64,000 nucleotides of DNA, from positions 5,728,001-5,792,000 of the forward strand of contig OZ242311.1 of the NCBI GenBank assembly GCA_965207885.1. The letters run 5' to 3'. Of this stretch, positions 39,933 to 49,085 are shown one piece after another. A model generated the notes under the pieces. It worked only from the letters and a program-made list of their open reading frames with translations, was not told where the DNA came from and ran no database searches. This stretch comes from Candidatus Latescibacterota bacterium (lineage in GTDB: Bacteria > Latescibacterota > UBA2968). Each line of letters begins with the position of its first letter. Within the stretch, counting starts at the first letter, position 1. The position numbers were made by a program, and so were the translations under genes.

Positions 39933-42062
39933 ATGAATAAAATAGTCTCAAGAATCTCCAGATACTTCAGAAGATGGTATGATGAAATCAAGTTGCAGCA
40001 AGTCCTTAAAGAATGCTGTCACGTAGCGCGCGAAGGATACCGGATTGCAAGTGCCAACCTTGATGAAATCAAGATCACTATAGACGGAGAAGTTTCGAAA
40101 TTGAAATCACACCTGGCAACTTTGAATAATGAGAATATCCAAACAGACCACATTGAACAACAGATACAAAAACAACTACAACAAGTGGTGTCAGAACTCG
40201 GCTCTTTGCACAAAAGCCAAGTGCGCCTTCTGGAAGAGAAACACTCACAAATGGACAAATTTTCAATTGCCCTCTTTGGTCGCACACTGGCTGGTAAATC
40301 AACATTGATGGAAATTTTGACCAAAGGCGATGGTTCATCCATCGGAAAGGGAAACCAACGCAATACCCGAGATGTGCGTAGCTACGACTGGAAAGGACTT
40401 AAAATCACTGATGTCCCCGGCGTAGCTGCATCTGACGATGAAGGCCGTGAGGACGAAGAAAAAGCATTCGAGGCGGCTGTGCAGTCGGACCTGGTGCTTT
40501 TCCTCATCACCAACGATGCGCCCCAGGACTCAGAAGCAAGGTGCCTCGCACGCGTGCGATCACAAGGCAAGTCGATTCTGGGTATCTTGAATTTTAAAGA
40601 GGGTCTCAACAATGAGGACGATATACGAATTTTCTTGCGAGATAACTGGTTCAAAAATGATCGGCAGGATATCCACGACATCGTTCAACAGTTCCACGAA
40701 TCTGTGAACAAATATAGCCCGGGGAATCGGATCAGGTTCCTTTATACCCATTTGCTATCGAGATTCCTATCTCAACAGCCGCAGTACAAATCGCACCAGA
40801 ATAATTTGGAACGCGCAAGCCGCTTCGACTATGTCGAACAGCAAATTATATCGGAGGTAATTAACCGGGGAAGATTCCTGAAATGGAAGAGCTTTATCGA
40901 CATTTCCGTAGTTCCAATGCTTGAATTTAGCGATAAATTATTGGAGTTTAGTGCCCAGAACTCATCCAGTGGTAGAATTTTCCTTGGCAAAAGGGACCAG
41001 ACCCAATCATGGTCTGATGGATTTAGCAAAAGTGGCAAAGAACGCATTGATACGTTTATAAAAAAAGAAATGAACTTGCTGCGTGATGAAATTCCGGGAT
41101 TTGCGGAGACCTATTATGACCGATCTAATGCTGGCGATCGCTGGAACCGCTTAGTCAAAAAGCAAGGCATAGAGCGGAAAGCAAAAAAACTTGCTGAACA
41201 GATCCAGAATGAATGTAAATCTGAACTGTCAGAGATTGCACGACAACTTAAATTTGCACTGAATTCCGTCGGTAAATTTGCTGATGATCGCAAAATTAGC
41301 ATGGATTCTATATTCGATACAAAACGCGCCTGGAATTGGGGGACTACAATTCTTTCGGGTGGTCTTGGTATTGCTGCTCTCATTCTTGGTAGCGGTCCTA
41401 TCGGCTGGGTTGCGGCAGCAGTTGCGGGATTAGGGCGCTTGATATCATGGCTTTTAGGTGACCGCGAAAAAAAAGCGAGAAAGCAACGCAAAAAACTCGA
41501 AAAGATGCTCAATAGCGAAGTCAACAAGATAGAAAGTAATATTCGAAAACAGCTCAATGATTGGTTTCAGGGTGTACTGAAAAATCAAGTCGCTGTCCTT
41601 ATCAAAGACCTCTCTACTACCACATCGAATCTCTTCAAGCTGGCAGATGTACAAAGAACTCTGGCCTGGGCACTCAACAAAGGACAGAAACGTCTCCACC
41701 GCGATCTACTCAATGAAGCACTCGATCAACTTGGACAAAAAGATAAAGGGAACCTCATATTAGATATAGCGCGAGTACCAGGACTGGCAATTATGTTATT
41801 GATAGAGCCTAAAACTACATTTCCAAAGGACGTACGCAGGAATTTAGAAAAAATACTTGGAGAAAAGGTTTGGTTCGTAGTCAATACCCGTAACAAAACC
41901 TCAATTCTGGCGCAGGCTATTGGGCACGACTGTGATCGAAGCAAAGTTCGTATCAAATCAAAAATTCAAGTTGCCCATGTTCCGGTAGGAGACCTTAATG
42001 CAGTTGGTATTTCTCGAATCAGACTAGCGCAACAACTGACCGAACTCCATGTGATGAAGTAA
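39933..42062 (+). CDS. dynamin-like/TRAFAC GTPase (LeoBC-like) with coiled coils and hydrophobic hairpin
   Basis: G1 GRTLAGKST, G3 DVPG, G4-like NFKE; hydrophobic ILSGGLGIAALILGSGPIGWVAAAV. Confidence 0.7.
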   Translation: MNKIVSRISRYFRRWYDEIKLQQVLKECCHVAREGYRIASANLDEIKITIDGEVSKLKSHLATLNNENIQTDHIEQQIQKQLQQVVSELGSLHKSQVRLLEEKHSQMDKFSIALFGRTLAGKSTLMEILTKGDGSSIGKGNQRNTRDVRSYDWKGLKITDVPGVAASDDEGREDEEKAFEAAVQSDLVLFLITNDAPQDSEARCLARVRSQGKSILGILNFKEGLNNEDDIRIFLRDNWFKNDRQDIHDIVQQFHESVNKYSPGNRIRFLYTHLLSRFLSQQPQYKSHQNNLERASRFDYVEQQIISEVINRGRFLKWKSFIDISVVPMLEFSDKLLEFSAQNSSSGRIFLGKRDQTQSWSDGFSKSGKERIDTFIKKEMNLLRDEIPGFAETYYDRSNAGDRWNRLVKKQGIERKAKKLAEQIQNECKSELSEIARQLKFALNSVGKFADDRKISMDSIFDTKRAWNWGTTILSGGLGIAALILGSGPIGWVAAAVAGLGRLISWLLGDREKKARKQRKKLEKMLNSEVNKIESNIRKQLNDWFQGVLKNQVAVLIKDLSTTTSNLFKLADVQRTLAWALNKGQKRLHRDLLNEALDQLGQKDKGNLILDIARVPGLAIMLLIEPKTTFPKDVRRNLEKILGEKVWFVVNTRNKTSILAQAIGHDCDRSKVRIKSKIQVAHVPVGDLNAVGISRIRLAQQLTELHVMK

Positions 42063-42081
42063 CTCAGAAAGGAATCATTTA

Positions 42082-43818
42082 ATGAAAGAAATACATATCC
42101 ATTCATATACAAAAAAAGGAGAGTGTCTGCTTGAGAGAGCAAAACAGGTTCTCCAAGATGCACCTGTCGATAAGGTACGGAACTTTGCACAACGGGTTCC
42201 AAGAGGAATGGCAACTTCTGAAGAAGCCGTTCAGGTAGTCTTTGCCGGTCAATACAGTGCAGGTAAGTCTTCAATTCTCAAGGCAATGACGGGACAAGAA
42301 GATATCGAGATAGGAGCTGGGATTACGACTCGACGGACACAACAGTTTGACTGGAATGGAATCAGAGTAGTGGATACGCCGGGTGTCCATACGGAGTTAC
42401 GACCCGACCATGACAAAATAACGTACGGGGCAATCAGTAAAGCCGACCTCCTGATCTTTGTTATTACCAATGAATTATTTGACTCCCATATAGCAACACA
42501 TTTTAGAAAACTTGCAATTGATCGGGATAAAGCCCATGAAATGCTGTTGGTTGTGAACAAGATGCAGCGATGTGACAAGGGAAATACATCAGCGGCTCAG
42601 GATGTAATTCGGGAAGACCTTCGAAAAGATCTATTGCCCTTCTCTCCAGAACAACTTCGTATATCTTTCTTGGATGCTGAAGACGCTCTCAAGATCCGCA
42701 CAGAGCAGGACGAAGAATACCGCAGAATCTACCATAAAAGAAGTGGTTTTGATGCCTTCATCGATAATTTCAATGCGTTTATTAAAGAAAAGGAATTAAT
42801 CGCACGTTATACAACACCGCTCTACACCCTCGAACAAGTACTACAAGAGGCCCTCGCAGTCGAGCCGAGCGATGACCCTGATGTGGATGCCCTACAAGAG
42901 TTATTAATTCAGCAAAGACGCGCATTATTGGATAGTAAAGCACAGATTTCTCAATCAGTAAAAAATAAAGTCCAACAGACAACAAACAAGATTCGGGAGG
43001 AAGGTCGCAATGTTGCTGATCTGATTCGTGGAAATTCGGACTTTGAGAAAGTTGATCGGGAATTAACGGCTGCCCAAGAGCGCGTTCAAGAATATGTGGA
43101 TTCATTGACGGAACTCGTTCAAGAAACAGTTGAAGAGCATATTAGCGATCTCGCTGAGCGGATAGAGCAAATCGCGGAGAGCGAACTCGCCAAAGAGTTA
43201 CTATCGAGGCTTATAGAAAGACTCCAAGGTCTCAATGTTGATCCAGAGACTCTATCTAAGGTAAAAAAGGGCGCAGATTTCGCCAGCCGATTTGGGAAAT
43301 TCCTCGTTAAGAACTCGTTTAATCCTACGACCTCGACATTTTCCGGATTGTTCAAACTCCACCAGTATTCGGGTACAGCAATGCACGGCATGGTCAAAAA
43401 TATAGGACATTTCTTAGGAAAGTCCTTTAAGCCTTGGGAAGCAGTAAAATGGACGCGTACAATCGCAAATGCTGGTCGAGTTTTGAGCGTAGTAGGCACT
43501 GTTCTAACCATTGTGTTTCAAATTAAAGAAGACGCCGATGCTGCTAATTTAGAACAGGAATTGCGCGAAAGCCGAACTGCTGTAAGGGCGGGATTTAGTG
43601 AGGCCGCCAGTGCAATTGAACTCCATTTTGATGAAGCAACCAACACTTATGTAGCCAAAACCATTGGTCAGCGTCTCGAAGAGGTAGATAAGCAACTTGA
43701 GGAACTCAGAGATATGAAGCAATCTCGTAGCGATCTCTTTCAACAACTCAATGGCCTATTAGAAGATACGAAGGAGCTTATCTCGGAAATGCATGTGTCG
43801 TATAACCCCCATGAATGA
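42082..43818 (+). CDS. dynamin-like GTPase (LeoA-like)
   Basis: G1 GQYSAGKSS, G3 DTPG, G4 NKMQ; long helical stalk with paddle-like segment. Confidence 0.72.
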   Translation: MKEIHIHSYTKKGECLLERAKQVLQDAPVDKVRNFAQRVPRGMATSEEAVQVVFAGQYSAGKSSILKAMTGQEDIEIGAGITTRRTQQFDWNGIRVVDTPGVHTELRPDHDKITYGAISKADLLIFVITNELFDSHIATHFRKLAIDRDKAHEMLLVVNKMQRCDKGNTSAAQDVIREDLRKDLLPFSPEQLRISFLDAEDALKIRTEQDEEYRRIYHKRSGFDAFIDNFNAFIKEKELIARYTTPLYTLEQVLQEALAVEPSDDPDVDALQELLIQQRRALLDSKAQISQSVKNKVQQTTNKIREEGRNVADLIRGNSDFEKVDRELTAAQERVQEYVDSLTELVQETVEEHISDLAERIEQIAESELAKELLSRLIERLQGLNVDPETLSKVKKGADFASRFGKFLVKNSFNPTTSTFSGLFKLHQYSGTAMHGMVKNIGHFLGKSFKPWEAVKWTRTIANAGRVLSVVGTVLTIVFQIKEDADAANLEQELRESRTAVRAGFSEAASAIELHFDEATNTYVAKTIGQRLEEVDKQLEELRDMKQSRSDLFQQLNGLLEDTKELISEMHVSYNPHE

Positions 43819-43835
43819 CTTGAGATTGTCTTAAG

Positions 43836-44173
43836 TCAAGAAAGGATTACCCGACTACTGGGGTATTGAAACTCATCACCGAGACGTTCTTTGGTTGAAT
43901 ACTTCCCTTCGAATCAGGAAAGATTACCCGACTACTGGGGTATTGAAACGTATCTGTCACCATTACGATATAGTTGTTTCCATCGGCAATCAGGAAGGAT
44001 TACCCGCTTACTGGGGTATTGAAACCAGACCTCAGCAGCTTCGTTTGCATCAACGACGATTATCAGGAAGGATTATCCGACTACTGGGGTATTGAAACAT
44101 GTCCGCCTCGCAGAAGTTCATCTCGTTCATCTTCCGAAGATCAGGAAGAAATTACCCGACTACTGGGGTATTT
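43836..44173 (+). CRISPR. second array segment: 5 variant repeats (first and last degenerate), 4 spacers
   Basis: Repeats at about 43836, 43913, 43989, 44062 and 44140; the 43989 copy is identical to main-array repeats 32-33. Confidence 0.9.
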
Positions 44174-44291
44174 ACCATTTTTAGGGTTGTGCTTGTAGTG
44201 TAGCCTCAGATTCTCTATCTTTTGAATAGATCTTAATACAGAATACAGAGGATGTGCGTCCAACCACGATATGCTATGGGAGGAGATGCCA

Positions 44292-44555
44292 ATGAACCAG
44301 CTAACATTAAGCGGATTTGACAAAGAATTGACCGATAGAATCCGGCATTTCGCAAACCAGGAGGGTATTTCGCTAAATCAAGCCGCGTTGAGACTTCTGC
44401 GCGTTGGGGCCGGTCTCAAGCAATCAAAGGATAGCGGCGACACCGTTGGATCTTCCCTGGACCATCTAATTGGAACCTGGACGGTCGAGGAAGCTGAGGT
44501 ATTGAATAATGCCGTAAAAGAATTGGAACAAATTGACGAGTCTATGTGGAAATGA
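44292..44555 (+). CDS. FitA/VapB-like antitoxin
   Basis: MNQLTLSGFD...A..EGISLN RHH pattern; GTW...ID...WK; overlaps the vapC start. Confidence 0.75.
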   Translation: MNQLTLSGFDKELTDRIRHFANQEGISLNQAALRLLRVGAGLKQSKDSGDTVGSSLDHLIGTWTVEEAEVLNNAVKELEQIDESMWK

Positions 44556-44950
44556 AAATTCTCCTTGACACCAATGCGTATTCACATCTGAAGCGAGGGC
44601 ATCGCAGGGTTGCGGCGTTAGTACGCATGTCCGAGGAAATTTTCCTGTCAGCTATTATCATTGGCGAATTGCTCTACGGCTTTCGGCAAGGCTCGCGCAT
44701 TGACCGGAATATTGAGGAACTTAAAGCCTTCCTCAACAACCCCTATGTCACATTTGTACCTATAAGTTTCGCAACAGCCGAACATTACGCGCAGATTGCA
44801 ATGTCGTTGAGAACCAAGGGGCGTCCCATCCCGTCAAACGACATTTGGATCGCTGCTCAAGCAATGGAGACAGGTGCCAATCTCGTTTCGTCTGATCAGC
44901 ATTTTTCAGAAATTGATGGTCTCGCGTGGACATACGTCTCGACTGAATAA
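44552..44950 (+). CDS. vapC: VapC PIN toxin
   Basis: LLDTNAY, GELLYG, GRPIPSNDIWIAA, SSDQHF. Confidence 0.9.
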   Translation: MKILLDTNAYSHLKRGHRRVAALVRMSEEIFLSAIIIGELLYGFRQGSRIDRNIEELKAFLNNPYVTFVPISFATAEHYAQIAMSLRTKGRPIPSNDIWIAAQAMETGANLVSSDQHFSEIDGLAWTYVSTE

Positions 44951-44978
44951 CATTTTCCTTTTCTAACAAAAATGAATC

Positions 44979-45233
44979 ATGACAAAGCCAAAACTATATG
45001 AAGAAGTGGCAATAGCGCGCAACATACCGGAAGAAAATCTAAAACAGGGTGATGTTGCTGTCGTGGTCGAATATGTACCGCATCCTACGGGTGGAGAAGA
45101 AGGAGCAATTTTAGAGATTTTTAATGCCATTGGCGAATCCGTCGCTGTGGTCACAGTGCCTATCTCTGCGATTAAATCGCTACATGCTGATCAAGTACTG
45201 ATGGTGCGTGAGAGAACGCCTGCAAAATTTTAG
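44979..45233 (+). CDS. DUF4926-like small protein
   Basis: LKQGDVAVVVE...LEIFNAIGESVAVVTV. Confidence 0.7.
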   Translation: MTKPKLYEEVAIARNIPEENLKQGDVAVVVEYVPHPTGGEEGAILEIFNAIGESVAVVTVPISAIKSLHADQVLMVRERTPAKF

Positions 45234-45349
45234 ATCAGGAAGGATTACCCGACTACTGGGGTATTGAAACCTTTCGCTTGACTAATAATAATATAATATA
45301 AAACCCTTCCGAATCAGGAAGGATTACCCGACTACTGGGGTATTGAAAC
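45234..45349 (+). CRISPR. mini-array: 2 variant repeats, 1 AT-rich spacer
   Basis: ATCAGGAAGGATTACCCGACTACTGGGGTATTGAAAC at 45234 and 45313. Confidence 0.88.
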
Positions 45350-45360
45350 TGTGCCTGGAT

Positions 45361-45394
45361 GTGCATTTTTGCACGGATGCGTGCATTTCTGCAC
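45361..45394 (+). promoter_or_regulatory. tandem candidate enhancer sites GTGCA-N4-TGCAC
   Basis: GTGCATTTTTGCAC 45361-45374 and GTGCATTTCTGCAC 45381-45394, about 105 bp upstream of the -24 box. Confidence 0.7.
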
Positions 45395-45499
45395 GCCTGT
45401 TTTCCTCTGGTGAACGCCTATTTGAGATCTTTTTGCAAAAAAAACCTCGAAAAAGGAACAAAAAAAGAAAATCCTCATTTTTTTGAGGATTTTTTTCTT

Positions 45500-45515
45500 T
45501 GGCACGCTTTTTGCA
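45500..45515 (+). promoter_or_regulatory. sigma54 -24/-12 promoter of the CAPP-cas1-cas2 operon
   Basis: TGGCACGCTTTTTGCA matches the consensus exactly. Confidence 0.85.
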
Positions 45516-45531
45516 TATAAATAGGGCGTTC

Positions 45532-45569
45532 GTCAGGAAGGATTACCCGATTTATTGGGATCGTGAAAT
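45532..45569 (+). repeat. degenerate CRISPR repeat at the predicted transcription start
   Basis: GTCAGGAAGGATTACCCGATTTATTGGGATCGTGAAAT. Confidence 0.65.
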
Positions 45570-45701
45570 CTTTTTTCTTGACAAGTGAACATTTGAGCAC
45601 TACTTTTTGGTTGAAATTAAACCGCCAAAAAGAGTAACATAAGCCACAGGTGTCCCCCACATGTGGTTATATTTTTCTCTAAAAAAGAAAGGAATCTCCC
45701 C

Positions 45702-47630
45702 ATGACAACCCCTGCCATTGAACAGTCGTCTCCCACATCTCTGGTAGATACCCTCTGCGAAAAAGCACAGGTGCTATTAGAACAAAACAATATAGATGGC
45801 GTGGAGACATTGGCTTCGGAAGCCTGTGCGCGCGATCCGGCGTGCAATCGCGCACATCAATTGATGCTCCGCGTAGCCCTCATCCGAGACGAACAGGACA
45901 AAGCACAAACATTGCTCAATCGGTGGCGCGATTTGCCGGTAGATGATGCATTTGGTGAATGGGGTGTACTCGCAGAAGAAATGAACGACATACAGTCAGC
46001 CGTTGAAATCTATCAGGCGCACCTATCTCAGTGCCCTGACGATGCCAAATCCCTATTTGGACTGGCAATGCTACACGCAGACCGCAATGAAACGGGCCTC
46101 GCGCAATCGCGCTTGCAAACCCTCATCCAGCACCATGCAGACCATATAGAGGGCATCTTTGAACTCGCCCGCCTGTACGAAGAAGACGGCATGATGGGCC
46201 TCGCCCAAGAACTCTACGCACGGGTGCTCGAACTCGATCCGGACCATGCGGGCGCACTTGCGGGTAAACAACTCGTCGGCGCACAATTGCAAACATCCCA
46301 AACCTTACCAGATGCAACCATCAAAAATCACCCCGATAGTGCCGCCCTGATCCTCAGGCTATTTGCCGCGCGAAAAGACGTGTACGCACGCCAATGGATC
46401 GATGAAGACGGAAAAACCGGCTATGTCCCCGTGCGCGAACCCCTCACAGAAGACGCGATCCAATCCCACCTCCAGGGAGATACAACTGTAGGCGTCTATC
46501 CAATTTTTGACCGGGACAAAGCACAATTTTTGGCCCTGGATATCGACATAAAAAAAGAAGCCCTCAACACAGCGCAGCAAAACAACACCTTAATGGATGC
46601 GTTGCGCGAACAAGTATGCAAAGACATCCGGCGGGTCTGCGCGGGCTTCGCCTCCCTCAACCTCCCTGTTCACATCGAAGACAGCGGAAACAAAGGCGCG
46701 CATATATGGCTCTTCTTTGAAAAACCCATCCGCGCCTGCGACCTCCGCGCATTTGGTCGTGCTTTTGTAAAGCGATTTGGCCCAGCATCAGAAGATTTGC
46801 AGTGGGAGTGGTTTCCCAAACAAGACGCCGTTGGGGAAGATGAACTGGGCAACCTGATCAAACTACCACTCGGCATCCACCGCAAAACAGGACGACGCGC
46901 GTTATTTATCGACACAGAAGGACACGCGCTCGCAGATCAAGATCGGGTATTGTGTGACATCAAACCCATAAACACACAGGCTTATGACCATGCGGTCTCC
47001 CGCTTGGGCGGAGGAGAGACCCACACGCCCCTGAAACAAGTTGATCTGAAAAAAGCATTTCCAGAATTTCAACCCCTTATGCAAGGCTGTGCAGTCATTC
47101 GCGCACTCACAGAAAAAGCCTTTGCAACCGCCCATCTGGTACACATCGAACGCCATGTTTTGAAATGCGTATTCGGGCATCTCGACGACAAGGGACGCGC
47201 CTTCTTACACGCGGTAATTGGCGCGTGTGCAGATTACAAAGCCGAAGTAACCGATTATCAGATCGAACGCCTGCACCCGCATCCCATTGGCTGTCCGAAA
47301 ATCCGCAAACACCTGCCCGACCTCATTGAAACCGTCCCCTGCAACTGCGAATTTGACCTGCCAGAAGGCGGGTATCCCTCTCCCTTGCTACATATCGACC
47401 CGGCATTTACCGCTGGCATGGGACGTGTGGATCAACCGCAAAACCGCGAAATCGTAGATCGCTACATCACACTGCGCCAGCAAGCCGCACAGGTAATGGC
47501 CGACCTATCGCGTACAGAAGATGAAATGCGCGACATATTGCGCGACCGCAAAGGCAAAATCTCCACAGGCGTCTGGGTAGTCACAGCGGATGACGCGGGA
47601 CGATTGCAAATAGGCATTGAGGCGGTGTAA
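45702..47630 (+). CDS. CRISPR-associated primase-polymerase (CAPP): TPR + AEP + Cys-rich PriL-like C-terminus
   Basis: TPR-like helices; AEP motifs LDID, EDSGNKGAH, GNLIKLPLG; HPIGCPKI and CNC; directly upstream of cas1. Confidence 0.85.
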   Translation: MTTPAIEQSSPTSLVDTLCEKAQVLLEQNNIDGVETLASEACARDPACNRAHQLMLRVALIRDEQDKAQTLLNRWRDLPVDDAFGEWGVLAEEMNDIQSAVEIYQAHLSQCPDDAKSLFGLAMLHADRNETGLAQSRLQTLIQHHADHIEGIFELARLYEEDGMMGLAQELYARVLELDPDHAGALAGKQLVGAQLQTSQTLPDATIKNHPDSAALILRLFAARKDVYARQWIDEDGKTGYVPVREPLTEDAIQSHLQGDTTVGVYPIFDRDKAQFLALDIDIKKEALNTAQQNNTLMDALREQVCKDIRRVCAGFASLNLPVHIEDSGNKGAHIWLFFEKPIRACDLRAFGRAFVKRFGPASEDLQWEWFPKQDAVGEDELGNLIKLPLGIHRKTGRRALFIDTEGHALADQDRVLCDIKPINTQAYDHAVSRLGGGETHTPLKQVDLKKAFPEFQPLMQGCAVIRALTEKAFATAHLVHIERHVLKCVFGHLDDKGRAFLHAVIGACADYKAEVTDYQIERLHPHPIGCPKIRKHLPDLIETVPCNCEFDLPEGGYPSPLLHIDPAFTAGMGRVDQPQNREIVDRYITLRQQAAQVMADLSRTEDEMRDILRDRKGKISTGVWVVTADDAGRLQIGIEAV

Positions 47631-47631
47631 T

Positions 47632-48633
47632 GTGTCCGTACTCTACGTCACAGAAACCGGTGCTCAGGTACGACGCGAAGGCGAGCGATTGACCGTGTGG
47701 AAAGGCAAGAAAAAACTCCACACATCATCTGCGTATGATCTGCACCAGGTGGTCATATTTGGCAACATCGGAATAACACCTGCTGCCATGCACACCGCGC
47801 TGATGCAGGGCATTGACCTCGTACTTCTCAGCACCACGGGCAGTTATCGCGGGCGACTGGTGGGACCACAGGGCCGCAACATCATTCTGCGACAAATGCA
47901 ATATCGCCGCTACGAAGACGAAGATTTTCGATTGGGTGCTGCGCGGGGATTTGTATCGGGAAAAATCCGCAACATGCGTACCCTCATAATGCGCCTTGCT
48001 CGACGTCGAAACCGGGACATTGCCCACACCGCACAGCGACTGCGCGCACTCTTAAAACAGGTCGATCGCATAGACAATGCCGATGCGCTACGCGGAATCG
48101 AAGGCGCGGCAACCGCGACTTACTTCGGTGCGCTGGGTCAATTTTTGCCCTCTGCATTTCCCTTTGTCAAACGCACGCGACGCCCGCCCAAAGACGCGGT
48201 CAACTCCATGTTGAGCTTTGGCTATACGCTACTGTCTTCGGACCTGGAATCGGCTGTCTTGCGCGTGGGATTAGATCCCTATATCGGTTATCTGCATCTC
48301 GTGGATTACGGACGTCCCTCGCTCGCCCTGGACATGATGGAAGAATTTCGCCCGATAATTGTAGATGCAATGGTACTGGACCTGCTGAATCACGGACAAA
48401 TCAAAAAAGAGGACTTTGAACAACGCGACGGAGGCGTATTTCTGTGTGGCGATGGACGAATGCAGTTAATTCGCGCCTATCAGGATCGCGTCGCAACTGA
48501 AGTTCAATATGTACAACCCAGTGGACAGGTACAAAAAGTGCCGTATCGCCAGTGTTTTGAATTGCAAGCCCGCCGTCTCATTCGCCTGTTACGCGGTGAA
48601 GACGCGGCATATCTGCCGTTTTTAATTCGATAA
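47632..48633 (+). CDS. cas1: Cas1 integrase
   Basis: LRGIEG, RRPPKDAVNSMLSFGY, GLDPYIGYLH, SLALDMMEEFRP. Confidence 0.95.
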   Translation: MSVLYVTETGAQVRREGERLTVWKGKKKLHTSSAYDLHQVVIFGNIGITPAAMHTALMQGIDLVLLSTTGSYRGRLVGPQGRNIILRQMQYRRYEDEDFRLGAARGFVSGKIRNMRTLIMRLARRRNRDIAHTAQRLRALLKQVDRIDNADALRGIEGAATATYFGALGQFLPSAFPFVKRTRRPPKDAVNSMLSFGYTLLSSDLESAVLRVGLDPYIGYLHLVDYGRPSLALDMMEEFRPIIVDAMVLDLLNHGQIKKEDFEQRDGGVFLCGDGRMQLIRAYQDRVATEVQYVQPSGQVQKVPYRQCFELQARRLIRLLRGEDAAYLPFLIR

Positions 48634-48650
48634 ATGTAGAGACCAATACA

Positions 48651-48932
48651 ATGCTCGTGGTCGTAGCCTACGACATAGCGGACAAAAGCCGATTGCGGCG
48701 GGTGATGAAACTCATGGAAAACTACGGATCGCGCCGACAGAAAAGCGTTTTTGAATGCAATCTGAATGAGCGTCGGTTTCTCGCATTGAGGTCCAAAATG
48801 TCGGAATTGATTGACCCGGAAGACGATCGCATCTGTTATTATCATCTATGTGCCGCATGCGAAAAGCGGGTTGAAGGCATATCCGAGCGCGAACATCCCA
48901 TCCCAAAACGCGAAGATTATGTGATTGTGTGA
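48651..48932 (+). CDS. cas2: Cas2
   Basis: VAYDI...YG.R.QKSVFEC...D.I..Y.LC..C. Confidence 0.95.
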   Translation: MLVVVAYDIADKSRLRRVMKLMENYGSRRQKSVFECNLNERRFLALRSKMSELIDPEDDRICYYHLCAACEKRVEGISEREHPIPKREDYVIV

Positions 48933-49038
48933 TTAGAGACCTGACAACCTGCAAGATGGAGATAGGTTGACGACAGGCAAAAAAATGGCTTTCTTCCACG
49001 CGAAACCGCGCCTCCTGTGGAATTGAGCCAGAATTTAC

Positions 49039-49073
49039 AACCCCGTTGATGGAGCGCATCAACGGGGGTTTTT
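49039..49073 (+). terminator. intrinsic terminator after cas2
   Basis: CCCCGTTGATG-loop-CATCAACGGGG followed by a T run. Confidence 0.7.
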
Positions 49074-49085
49074 GTGAGAAAGTAC

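Noticed and set aside
34679-45312. Self-targeting spacers within the window
   Set aside because: None found by eye apart from the intron-derived guide; an exhaustive alignment was not possible
48945-48969. CAACCT...AGGTTG inverted repeat after cas2 as an orphan CRISPR leader
   Set aside because: Only 6-bp arms and no repeat follows; too weak
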